Of a DNA stretch of 64,000 nt, positions 12,382 through 24,460 are shown one piece after another. Location of the stretch: positions 97,093,700 through 97,157,699 of the forward strand of contig NC_068984.1 in the NCBI RefSeq assembly GCF_001194135.2, given 5' to 3'. A program made the position numbers and the translations under genes. The notes under the pieces are model-generated. The model was not told the DNA's origin and made no database searches. It saw only the letters and a list, made by a program, of their open reading frames with translations. The stretch's first letter is position 1. The number at the start of each line of letters is the position of its first letter. Origin of the DNA: Octopus bimaculoides. Its lineage: Eukaryota.

Positions 12382-12849
12382 NNNNNNNNNNNNNNNNNNN
12401 NNNNNNNNNNNNNNNNNNNNNNNNNNNNNNNNNNNNNNNNNNNNNNNNNNNNNNNNNNNNNNNNNNNNNNNNNNNNNNNNNNNNNNNNNNNNNNNNNNNN
12501 NNNNNNNNNNNNNNNNNNNNNNNNNNNNNNNNNNNNNNNNNNNNNNNNNNNNNNNNNNNNNNNNNNNNNNNNNNNNNNNNNNNNNNNNNNNNNNNNNNNN
12601 NNNNNNNNNNNNNNNNNNNNNNNNNNNNNNNNNNNNNNNNNNNNNNNNNNNNNNNNNNNNNNNNNNNNNNNNNNNNNNNNNNNNNNNNNNNNNNNNNNNN
12701 NNNNNNNNNNNNNNNNNNNNTGGTTCAGCAAAGAAACCAATAGAATAGGTACTGCTAAACAATAAATCCTTGGGTTGAATTGTTTGACAAAAATACTTCA
12801 AAGTGGTGCTCCAGCATGGCCACAGCCAAATGACTGAAACATGTAAAAG

Positions 12850-12880
<31 letters not shown>

Positions 12881-12883
12881 CAA

Positions 12884-13900
12884 CATCATCATCATCATCA
12901 TCATCGTTTAACGTCCGCTTTCCATGCTAGCATTGGTTGGGCGATTTGACTGAGGACTGGCGAACCAGTTGGCTGCACCAAGCTCCAATCTGATCTGCCA
13001 GAGTTTCTACAACTAGATGCCCTTCCTAACGCCAACCACTCTGAGAGTGTAGTGGGTGCTTTTACGTGTCACCGGCACAAGGGCCAGTCTGGCAGTACTA
13101 GCAACGGCCATTCTCATATGGTGTTTTTTACGTACCACCTCCACAGAAGTCAGTCCAGTGGTACTGGCAACAACCTCACTTGAATGTTTGTTCATGTGCC
13201 AGTAAGGCGATGTTGGTAACGATTATGCGCAAATGGTGCTTTTTACGTGCCACCAGCATGGAAACCAGACAGCTGTGATTCCGCTCGGATGGTGCTGTTA
13301 GCACTCCATTGGCACGGGTACTAGTCATTGAGTTTGGTTCAATTTCGATTTCACTTGCCCCAACAGGTCTTTGCAAGCAGAGTTTAGTGTCCAATGAAGG
13401 AAGGTTGGCATGGGTGCCAGTTGTCGGATTTGGTTCGCTTTTGAATTCAATTTCGATTTCGACTTCACTTGCCTCTACAGGTCTTTGCAAGCAGGGTTTT
13501 GTGTCCAAAGAAGGAAAGGTACACATAAGTGGGCTGGCTACAACCCTGGTAAAGGCCACAGGTTATGGTCTCATTGGTCTTGCCGGTTCTTCTCACACAC
13601 AGCATATTTCCAGAGGTCTCGGTCACTAGTCATTGCCTCGGTGAGGCCTAATGTTTGAAGGTTATGCTTCACCACCTCATCCCTGGTCTTCTTGGGTCTA
13701 CCTCTTCCACAGGTACCCTCAACCACTAGACTGTGGCACTTTTTCACACAGCTATCCTCATCCATTCTCGCCAAATGACCATACCAGCGCAATCGTCTCT
13801 CTTGCACACCACAACTGATGCTTCTTAGGTTCAACTTTTCTCTCAAGGCACTTACACTCTGTTGAGTATGCACACTTACATTACACATCCATCGGAGCAT
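12884..13900 (-). mobile_element. 5'-truncated RTE LINE: ORF end, repeat-rich 3' UTR and (GAT)n tail
   Basis: Reads MLRWMCNVSV...VQERRLRWYGHLARMDEDSCVKKC...GRGRPKKT, followed by a UTR ending gcggacgttaaacgatgatgat. It shows that the abundant short (GAT)n-tailed copies are 3' ends of this family. Confidence 0.9.
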
Positions 13901-14890
13901 ACTGGCTTCGTTTCTTGCAAGCTTACGCCATACATATATAATGAATACTTAAAAGAAATTCTTACTGATTTAATATTTATTTTCATTATGAATTCCATCA
14001 TACTATTTCTGTATTGGACCCCAGAATTTTCAACTGAAAATCAGGTCCATTGATTTTGCATATAAGTGAAATACCATAGAGACATTTACTTCATCATCAT
14101 CATTGTTTTAACATCCACTTTTCTATGCTTGCATGGATCAGGCAGAATTTGTTAAGACAGATTTTCTGTGGCTGGATGTCTTCCCTGTCACCGACCATCC
14201 CTGTTTCCAAGTTGGGAAATATTTCCCTATAACCTGACATGTTTTCACAGAATATCGGAAATGGATACCACTTCCATTACAATGACACTTGTTTACAGCT
14301 ATTTATTTGATATGTCAAGGCAAGGAGACTGTAACAGTTTCCATCTACCAAATCCATGCATAAGTTTTTGATTGGCCCAGAGCTATAGCAGAATACACTT
14401 GCCCAAGGTGCCATGCAGTGAAACTGAACCCAGAACCATGTTGTTGGGAAGCAAACTTTTTACCACAGCCACTCCTGTGCCTAACATAATTCCCAAACAC
14501 GACACTGTGACAAAGTCAGATCTTTAAATTAGTTACAATCCATTTGATGGGCTTCTATTTATCCACAAGACATAGGTCAAGCTGAGGCTCTAGAAATAAC
14601 AGTTGCCTAAGATCCCACACTGTAGATTTGAACCTGAGATCTCATAATTGCAAAGTAAATTCTTAACGTTTTAGCATTACTACAGTTATTATCAATTTGG
14701 TGTAAGGTATTTTATTTTTGTATCATGATTGCAATGCCAACCAAAAAATCAAACAAAATCATGAGTAAAATCTTTACAAAATACTCTTAAAATCTATAAA
14801 AAAATATATTAAAATTGAAGAAAATCTATGGTGTTGTATTTCTCCTGAGACTATAATGGTTTTTACTTGTGTTCTTTTTTTCTTTATCAG

Positions 14891-15003
14891 CAGCTGTAAA
14901 AGCAGTAGAAGTCACAACTTTGAAAAAAATAGTTGCTCCTCAGATCACAACGACCACAGCAAAGACAGTTACTGTGAAAGGTGTATTGCCTAAAAAACCA
15001 AAT
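14891..15003 (+). CDS. Syndecan Thr/Lys-rich mucin-like ectodomain exon (3' end at 15003 or 15007)
   Basis: Long pyrimidine tract plus tandem CAGCAG acceptor (14891 or 14894). Phase-1 open frame AVKAVEVTTLKKIVAPQITTTTAKTVTVKGVLPKKPN. Two donors: AAT|gtacgt (after 15003, phase 0) and C|gtaaga (after 15007, phase 1). Confidence 0.7.
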
Positions 15004-15026
15004 GTACGTAAGATACTGAAACATTG

Positions 15027-15061
<35 letters not shown>

Positions 15062-15879
15062 TATTACTATTATTATTATTATTATTATTATTTAAAGTGG
15101 TGAGCTGACAGGATTGTTAACACACTGGACAAAATGCTTAGCAGTATTTGCCCTTCGTTACATTCTGAGTTCAATTCCACCAAAATCAAATTAGCCTTTC
15201 ATCTTTTTGAGGTCAATGAAATAAGTACCAGCTGATTACTGGAGTTGATATAATCAAATATCCCCTCCCCCAAATTTTTGAATGCGGTCGGGTTCACTTT
15301 TAGTATTCTTGTTTGTGAGAGCAGTCGAGTTTATTTCAGATATTCTCATTTTAAACATCACCTCTGACTAATCATTGAGAGGACATTGGTGTTGCCTTGG
15401 CGGAGGTTTGCGCTCTCTAAATGCTCTTGTTGTTATTGTTTGTTTGTTTGTTTGTTTTTTGTTTTATTATTTTTATTATTATTATTATTATTATTCAGGC
15501 AGTCGGCTAGCAGAATCATTAACACACTGGGCAAAAAAATGTTTAGTGGCATTAAATCCACCTTCATGTTCTGAGTTTAAATCCTGTGAAGATTGACTTT
15601 ACCTTTCATACTTTCAGGGTCAATAAAATAAGTAAAATGAGTGCTGGAGTCAAATTGCTGGTCTTGTGCCAACATTTGAAATCATTATTATTATTTAATA
15701 TATAAAAAAAACATTATTTCCATTCACTCGGCATTAAAATAAGTACTGGAGTCAATGAAATCGACTAGCCCCCTCCACCAAAATTTCAGGCTTTGTGCCT
15801 ATAATAGAAAGGATTGTTATTATTGTTCTTTTAACTCAACTTTTATTGGAACTCCTGGGTCCTGCATGCATTGCAGGCT

Positions 15880-16520
15880 TGCTACCTGCAGCCTACAGTA
15901 CAATGCTATCCAAAACTTCAATGATTCTGGCCATGTCATGGAAGCAAACCTTTTGTAACAGTTCTACTGGGCAATCTATTCCCATTGGATTTAGATTCCT
16001 TTTAATGCCTTCTAATACTGTCCCCAAGAACCCAACAATAATTGGCATTATCTTCACCTTCATTTTCCTCAGTCAAGCTATCTTATATTTAAAAGGGTTG
16101 TTTATGTTTATTTTTACGCCTTCCTTCTTGAATAGTCATGGATCAAAGGGGCATACAACATAAATTATAGAGCACCTGTGGTTCACCTTGTCCTCCACCA
16201 CTTGGTCTGGCTTGTTGTGCTCAAGACCTGGTCCATTTGGATTGGGAAATCCCTCAGGATTTTGCAGGTTTCCAACTCTGCCACTTTCTGTGGTTTGTGC
16301 TCATACAAAGTCTTGCCTCTTTCTAGCCCCCACTTTTCACACAGTCTCCAATGTAACACTTTCACTACCTCATCATGTCACCACAACTTGTATTGGTTTT
16401 TGCGAAAGTCAAAGGCATTTGTTCCTGATGTGGGTAATGGTTTAGTCAACTCTGTAACATTCGGCACAGTGGAAACAGTTTCTCATTCCTAAGGTTGACC
16501 CTTCAGAGAGGTGCTTGTTG
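15880..16520 (-). mobile_element. R4/Dong-like non-LTR retrotransposon: CCHC and restriction-like endonuclease region, decayed
   Basis: Reads KVLHWRLCEKWGLERGKTLYEHKPQKVAELETCKILRDFPIQMDQV and KVKIMPIIVGFLGTV...VELLQKVC. Matches the RHDxV..IHWxLC..HxP..KILWDFxIQTD pattern of RLE-type LINEs. Confidence 0.8.
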
Positions 16521-17271
16521 CAATGATGATAAAAAATATCTACAATAATGGACAACATTGCCAACTTTACATCTTTTTGCAAAAAATATTGAGGAGGAAG
16601 TGAAATGTCTCTATTTTTCCAAAAAATAAAAGGATCTTTCATATGTCACCAAAAAACGGAATTGGAAGAAGCCATGGCTCATGTATGATTGGATAGGTGC
16701 TGGTTTGATTTAGTTAGAGAGCGATAGGTAGCTACATGATGGCTGTTGGCAAGGAGATTGAATAAAAAAACACTGTGAGCAGTGTGATGGAGCAAGAGAG
16801 AATGATAGGTGGAGACATATAGTTAGGTAGGTAGGCATATATATACATACTTAGCATAAAGATACATAAATTTTTAGGTATAGATTAATTCAATTTCTTT
16901 GTCATTATACTTTCTGCATTGTTTATTCTGGTGTTATTTCATGCTCTCATTTATCAATCAATCATGTAATCCTGCCATATTCTAAGTAATATTGTAACTT
17001 GTGTTTTCTCATTTTACCTCTTTTTTTTGTTTGTTTTTATTTTACAATTTCATTCATTTTTTCTTGTTTATCTTTGTCTTTTTTGTTTTATAACATTATT
17101 TATTTCTGAGGTATGAATATCCCCACCTTTTCTTCATTACTTGCTTCACACCTGCCTCTTGCATCTACTATATTTTATGTTTATGTGTGTATATATGTAT
17201 AGATAGATAGATAGACAGATAGATAGAGAGACTTATAATATACTCAGACATGTATGTATGTCTATATATAT

Positions 17272-17645
17272 ATTGTTGTTGTTGACACTCCATCGCTTAC
17301 GATGTCGAGGGTTCCAGTTGATCCGATCAATGGAACAACCTGCTCGTGAAATTAATGTGCAAGTGGCTGAGCACTCCACAGGCACGTGTACCCTTAACGT
17401 AGTTCGCAGGGATATTCAGCGTGACACAGTGTGACAAGGCTGACCCTTTGAATTACAGGCACAACAGAAACTGGAAGTAAGAGAAAGTTGTGGTGGAAGA
17501 GTACAGCAGGGTTTGCCACCATCCCCTGCCGGAGCCTTGTGGAGCTTTAGGTGTTTTCGCTCAATAAACACTCACAACGCCCAGTCTGGGAATCGAAACT
17601 GCGATCCTATGACCGCGAGTCCGCTGCCCTAACCACTGGGCCATG
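17272..17645 (-). mobile_element. Full-length tRNA-derived SINE with (AAC)n tail
   Basis: Head tggcccagtggttagggcagcggactcgcggtcataggatcgcagtttcgattcccag contains A and B boxes, followed by a body of about 300 bp and a caacaacaa tail. Confidence 0.85.
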
Positions 17646-18104
17646 TTGGTTTGTGTGTGTGTGAATGGCGATATGTTTAAGTTCTTCACAGAATTCAAGT
17701 GACTCACTAACAAAATGACAGGACTTCTTTAAATTAAAACAGTTTCAGGATTCATGAAAGTCTCAGTGTGTGTGTGTTTGTGTGTATGCATGTATAAGTG
17801 TGTATGTGGTTTATACTTGCACTCAGGTAATAGATGTGCATGTTATTACTTTTTATGTATAGGTGTGATTGCTCATATGTGTCTATTCCAGGAAATTCAA
17901 ATAAGGAACTTATGGAATGCTTTACAAAACTTCACAGCATCACTAATCAATTGTATTTGGAAGATATGAATCAATTTACTTTGTTTGTCTTTGAAGAATC
18001 CCCAACATTTCAAGGATTTTATGTAAATCTGTTACATATTCCAGTGCACCTATGATATTAGGTACAAATGAAATTCTGTAACCTTGATAAAAGCAGTGCA
18101 AGTT

Positions 18105-18234
18105 CCTTGTTAGTTAACTATATATTTGAGTCAGTGTGTTTGTGTATCTGTGTGTGTTATATATATATATATATATATATAACACACACAGATACACAAA
18201 CACACTGACTCAAATATATAGTTAACTAACAAGG
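18105..18234. repeat. Perfect 130-bp palindrome centred on (TA)n
   Basis: 18105-18158 is the exact reverse complement of 18181-18234. Confidence 0.9.
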
Positions 18235-19971
18235 TATACACAAACACACTCAGACATACACACATATATGTATATATACATACAAATTGGAGATGAACAC
18301 CAATCCTCCATGTGATTGACTTGAAAAATTGCTGGGATATTAAGATATTTTCTTAACCAATGGTAGCTTTAATACACAAATCAAGAAATTTTAGTCACCA
18401 TTCTTGTTGTTTGACATTTACACACACTCACTCACCACCCAAATACATACGTATGTATATACACATATATTCAGATGCATTCTCCTCATGTTCTGTTCCA
18501 GAATATACCCTTGTACATAACACCCTGGCTTGCAATGGTGCCACCCCTGGTGACCCTTTTAGGTGAAGAGGAAGTACCACATAAAAAATCCCAAAAACAC
18601 AACCAATTCCAGGTCAGATTGGTGCACCTAGTTCCAAGCTGCCCACTCTGTAGTAGTGTTACTGCCCATCTTGTAGTCCAACCCAACTGGTGGTGGTGAT
18701 GTGTGACAACTTCCACCACTCACTTCCTGCTTAGCATCTCCACCACCACCACCACCTCCTCCTCCTCCTCCTCCTCCTGCTATCAGCTGTACTACACTTG
18801 TTTCATAGTTGCCTACTGTTCTTTTAACTAAATTTTCCTCTCTTATGTGCAGAGAGACACACATACATGCCCCATTCTGATGACTCCCACCTAATTACAC
18901 CATCCTATTTTAGTTGCTCTATGTATGTGTATGTGCATGTATATGTTTGTATTTATGTTTCACATCCCATTCACAACATTTTACTTTTCTTTAATCAACC
19001 CTTCCCATAAGTGTGTGTGTGTGTGTATATATATATCATCATCATCATTGTTTAACGTCCACTTTCCATGCTAGCATGGGTTGGACGATTTGACTGAGGA
19101 CTGGTGAACCAGATGGCTACACCAGGCTCCAATCTGGTTTGGCAGAGTTTCTACAGCTGGATGCCCTTCCTAACGACAACCACTCCGAGAGTGTAGTGGG
19201 TGCTTTTACGTGCCACTGGCACGAAGGCCAGTCCGGCGGTACTGGCAACGGCCACGCTCAAAATGTATTTTACGTGCCACCTGCACAGGAGCCAGTCCAG
19301 CAGCACTGGCAACGATCTCGTTCGAATGTCTTTACACATGCCAGAAGGCGAGTTTCGTGTCCAATGAAGGAGACGACATTGGCATGGGTGCCAGTCGTCG
19401 AATTTAGTTCGATTTCGATTTCATATATATAGAATCATTTGTAGAAATACATAAATCCAGAGGAGAAGCATATTTCAAGATGTAGAAAAGTTAATATTAA
19501 AGTGGGGTAGGCTGGTTTATGGGGTTACCCTGGGTTTCTCACTCATAAGGGCTTTAGCCTTACGGGGTATCTTCAGACCTCAAACACTGCTGGCCAGAGA
19601 CCTCTTTAAAATATAGATGGGGAAATGCCCCACAGACTTCTGTGGATGCATGATGTCATTGTGCCTGTTGCTTCTGTCGTTGTGCTTGTTGCTGTTGCTG
19701 CTACCATTACCACTGATGGTGTTGCCGTCGTTGGGGGTGGAGTTGGCGCTGGTCATCCCTGTGCATGTTGCCTGTGACACAGTCATTGTTGCTGTTAATG
19801 TTGCTACTGTTGTTGCCGTCGCTGCCACTGGTGTTACTATTGCTATTGATGGAGTCAGGGATGCTGGTGGTGATAGTAGTGCTATCACCACTGCCGGTTC
19901 TGCTACTGTTGTCATTATAGCCAGTGATGGAACTGGATTCGTTGCCTCTGCTACTACTATCATAGTGGCCA

Positions 19972-20110
19972 ATAAGCCACCCATAGTATTCAAGAACCTG
20001 GTAAAAGGTATCAGAAAAAGGATTTCGAGCCTTTCCCCTAGCCAAGAAGCCTTCGCTGCAGCAGCCCCATACTATCATGAGGCCCTAGCTGCCAGTGGGT
20101 TTAAGGACTG
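19972..20110 (+). mobile_element. PLE reverse transcriptase thumb fragment
   Basis: Reads NKPPIVFKNLVKGIRKRISSLSPSQEAFAAAAPYYHEALAASGFKD, fitting the PLE pattern HPPxIxKNIPxxIxxRLSxLSxxEExFxxAAPxYxxALxxSGY. Confidence 0.75.
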
Positions 20111-20371
20111 CATGCCCTACATGCTGGAACCCAACAGCCACAGAGGGAAGCGCCAGTTCTGTCACTGACTATAACGGCACCAGCAGCAGAACCAGCAGTG
20201 GCAATAGCACTACCATCACCACCACCACATCCTCCACCATCACCAGCAGCCCCGACTCCATCAACAACAACAGCAACACCAATGGCAGTGCCAGCAGTAG
20301 CGACAACAACAACAACTATAACAGGCAACACGTGCAGGGACGAGAATATGACCAGCATCAACACCACCCCC

Positions 20372-20551
20372 AATGGAGACCACTTCCCCCTGTGAGATGA
20401 AGTTAAAATAATAGACAGAGAACACCAGTTGAAAATATGAAAACTAAAAGAAGCAGCACATATGCTAGGACACAACAACCTCCTAAGCAGACCGAGTGCA
20501 GATATGAACAGCATATGGGAACCGGTATTAAGGAAAGATAGGAAATATTAG
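20372..20551 (+). mobile_element. PLE endonuclease C-terminal fragment (two in-frame stops)
   Basis: Reads NGDHFPL*DEVKIIDREHQLKI*KLKEAAHMLGHNNLLSRPSADMNSIWEPVLRKDRKY*, resembling the HxxxWDxVKIIDRExxxxxRKxKEAxH...IWxPxL end of Penelope/Poseidon ORFs. Confidence 0.7.
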
Positions 20552-20589
20552 ATTTATAAGCCCTAAAAATTCACTCCATAACTACCCAC

Positions 20590-20820
20590 GGGCATATGGC
20601 ATAGTGGTTAAGAGCACGGGCTACTAACCCCAAGATTCCGAATTCAATTCCAGGCAGTGACCTGAATAATAATAATAACATCAAAAAATACCTTAGGAAT
20701 GAGAACCCAGGTTCGAAATTTCCCCAAGACACCTAATAAAGGCTGGAGGGTAAATCAGCCGAGACACGTTAACAACAAACAAGATGAGGACAAATATCCG
20801 TCAAATGTAAATAATGTACA
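20590..20820 (+). mobile_element. tRNA-headed SINE-like unit with a decayed hammerhead tail
   Basis: A box TGGCATAGTGG (20597-20607) and B-box-like GAATTCAATTCC (20640-20651). 20700-20820 is homologous to the 58111-58358 element, including gacac-ctaataa-a-ggctg...cagcc-gagac. Confidence 0.7.
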
Positions 20821-23501
20821 TTAAGGCACTATATTATGGCATAGATTAGGCTGTCATCACAGTGGTTAGCTTAATTTGCATAATTGTGCTTTTGACAGTA
20901 CATTGTTAAATAACATATATGATTATTGTGCATTAGATTGTGAATTCGGAGGTGTGAAATAAATTGAAATAATATACAAAAAAATGCAAATATTTAAAAG
21001 GAGGCATGTGCTAGATGGGATATTAAAAGAAAATACAAAAAGCTGGGTGTTTTCTTTTTGTGTGGGTGTGTGTGTTTTATTTTTTACATATACATGGTAG
21101 AGATTTTCATTTTAAGAAAGGAAGCTGTGTAAAAGGTGTGATTTAATTAACCCCGTTTTAAATATTTGCTCCATCTGGTGCTAGAAATAGCAACCACCTC
21201 TTCCTCAAAACAGACTAATGTCTTTTTAGAAGAATGATATGCATAAAGTAGTCTCAGATATAGTATATGTCAAGGTCAAATGGTCATACTGTGACATCTG
21301 TGACCATAAGTCCATCAATGATGGCTGACCTGGGGTTAAACAACAGTTTTTAATATAGAGATTTGCCAGTGTGATTTCACTGAAATGGTTTGGTTGAGAA
21401 AAGATGAAGAATTTGAAGTAAATATATTGCCAGGAAGATGGTATTACAAAAAGTTTTGATTATTTATGTTTCATGCAACTTCATCTTTAGACTTAAAACA
21501 TTTTGTAATATTTACATCTATATTGTTTATTGATTTGTTTGATGATTGAAGATCAAACACTTTAAAATGTAATGTACATTAAATATTGAAATATTTCTCA
21601 TCTCTTATTATGGAGCATAATCATCTGAAAAATTATAACCTTAAAAGACTTTCTAGCATTCTATCCATTTATTTTTTCCATTAAAAATGGAGAAATTGAA
21701 ATATTGCTAAAGATCATTTCAGTCTGTAAACGTTAATCAGAAGAGAAGCACTAAACAATATGAATGTGAATGATGTGATATTAGCCATCATGTTTCTCTG
21801 TAGAATTAGATCTAATCAAAACTAAGAGAAACCTAGGTGCTAGTACTTACATAACAATGGAGTGTAGACATAGCTGAGTGATTAAGAAGTTTGCTTCAAT
21901 GTGTTTGGAGATACAGGGTGAAAAAACAATATATTTCAGATTCAATCCATCTTCTACAAGAACAGATTGATGAAAGTAAGTAGAATTTGGTAGATGGAAA
22001 CTGTATAGAATCTTGGGGGGGGAACTATTTCTATTCTTGAGTGGTAGACTTAATCCATCACACACGTTAACATTCCTTTCCCCTTTTCCTTGGATGTCTT
22101 TTAGTGGAGGCTACTCTGTCAGACGTTTCTAAGTGAGATGTCCAATCTCCCTGCCTCACACCATTCATGTTGACCCTAAAAAATGTCATAGGTACTGGCC
22201 CTTCCTTGAGACTTCAGTGATGTTACTGTTTCTAAAATCAGTTTTATACTGACACATTAGTCTTAAATCAGTTTTGTACCTCTAAGACATGGTAAGTAAA
22301 CTCTACAGTTACAATGAATAATTGAGTTCAATCCTAACCTTAACAACTATATCTCAAGTTTAGATGTACTTTTGTCCCAGTTGCCTATAATCAAATCAAC
22401 ATTGTGACTAGAGACATCACATTGATGACATTTTTATATTTATTAACATCCAGGACTACATATCAAATATCTACCTACAATAAGATTGTATGATGCAATT
22501 TGATTTGAGAGAGGTTTCACTGTTATGTCTAGTAAATCAAACTAAAAGTTGTCTCAAAACAGATTACAAGTGAATATTTCTCTTAGTTGGATAAAAACAC
22601 TACTACTACAACTATTACTATTGCTGCTGCTAAACATGTCACCAGCAGCAGCAGCAGCAGTGTCGGTGGTGGTATTTATAAGTATGGAAAACATACTTAT
22701 AAATATTTTATACTTATAAAACATCCTCACCAAAATTGAATTACAGATGAATTGCACAACTACAATGATCACCATGATTGATGTCATTAAAATTCCTTTC
22801 CTTCATTAGAATTCTTCATTAGTTAAACCCATCTAAAATATTTCCCATCCAACTCGAGCACCATTTCATTATTATTGTTATTGCTATTGTTTGAATCATT
22901 TTATGCAGCATTTTCATTCGAACTGTTTCTTTAGCTAATTATAAGAAATCGTTGTTAACATTTTGTTCAAACCATTTCATGTAAATCTAATGTCACAGTA
23001 AATTGTACATCAATTATAGTTTATCTTCTTCATCTTTTTATCTTTATTATTTAACATTCAGAAAAACAAAACTCCTGTATATTATCTTAGATAAAGGAAA
23101 TGTGATTGCATAAGTTATACAGTCTTCCAAATGGTATTGTCAACTGTGTGTGTGTGATCCATTACCATTTCAGCTATTTTAGTTAAATGATAAAGAAATA
23201 AATAAATCACCAACCTGTTGCATTAATTCTACTATTTTGAGAATCAACAGTTGACACTGATGTTCATCTGTTTTATTTTTTCCTTGTTTCATTTTCTGTT
23301 TTCTGTAAATGTCTCTTTTTCTGTATGTATGTGTGTGTATGTATATATGTATATGTGGGATGTGTGTGTGTGTATACGTACACACACGTGAGTATATTGT
23401 GTATATATGTATATACAGTATGTATCCACACGTGTATGTGTATGTATATATATATGTCTTGTATGTTTATATATGTCTGTGTGTGTGTGTGTGTATGTAT
23501 A

Positions 23502-23549
<48 letters not shown>

Positions 23550-24099
23550 TACACATATATAATACATTCCTCTGTTTTTGTTGGGTTTTTTTATGTCTTT
23601 ACTGTATTTTACACAGCTAACTGCTGTTATTTATTCAGTAGTTGGGGTTTTGTGCTTATTGTATCTTACAGAAGGATCCGGAATAACTGGTTTGTTTGTC
23701 CACAACAGTATTTGTGTTGTATGATTCATATGTGTGTATGTGTGTTTATGTAGTTGTTTATATGCATACCTCTCTAGTTATATGTTATATTTGGTATAAC
23801 CCACTTACCTGACGGTCAATTTTGTGCTGCTCTCTAAACTGTTGACACCTGGTGTTCTTGTTGTTACCATTTTGCTATGTTGAGGAGCCATGTTGTTTTG
23901 TATCCCTGAATTGTTGAACCAAGCTCACAGAATCTATATAGATTAACAATTCACATTACAAGTTAAACCTCCATTTAACAGTTGTGTCATGTTACTATAG
24001 CTTTATATCTTTAATGCATTCACCTATAGTGCCATAATTTTTCAGTATTGAAATATCCAGTATTGTTGTCATTCATGTTGGTGCCAATGTGGCCAAAAT

Positions 24100-24460
24100 G
24101 ATAAACCTCAATGTGACCTTTGTTGTAGTAAACCCACAACTATCAGTTTAACCCATATATTTAATAAATACTTAACTGTCAGTGTGCTTCATATTGCAGA
24201 AAACATCTGCTATCAATGTGACTTGTATTGTAAACCCTCAGCTTTCATTGTAATTCATATTGTAGAAAATCCTTCACTGTCAATGTAACCTATATGATTA
24301 TAAATTCTTGACTGTCAATGTGACCCCTATTGTAAACCCTTAGCTGTCAATATCTCCCGTATGGCTGTTAAACTCAACTTGTCAATTATTAAGAGTTACC
24401 CTTGTTAATGTAAACTTCCTGCTGTGCCAAGCCAGCTTGCTGTAAACGTCAGCTCTCAAA
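24100..24460. repeat. Degenerate ~32-bp minisatellite
   Basis: Recurrent ctgtcaatgtgacc...tattgtaaaccctcag, about 10 diverged units. Confidence 0.65.

Noticed and set aside
17575-17645. tRNA gene calls for tRNA-like heads (also at 20590 and 44127)
   Set aside because: Acceptor and T stems do not pair properly and each continues into a SINE body.
18628-18864. Poly-Gly / poly-Pro ORFs
   Set aside because: Produced by a (CCA)n(CCT)n microsatellite; no compatible phase-1 exon for the syndecan was found.
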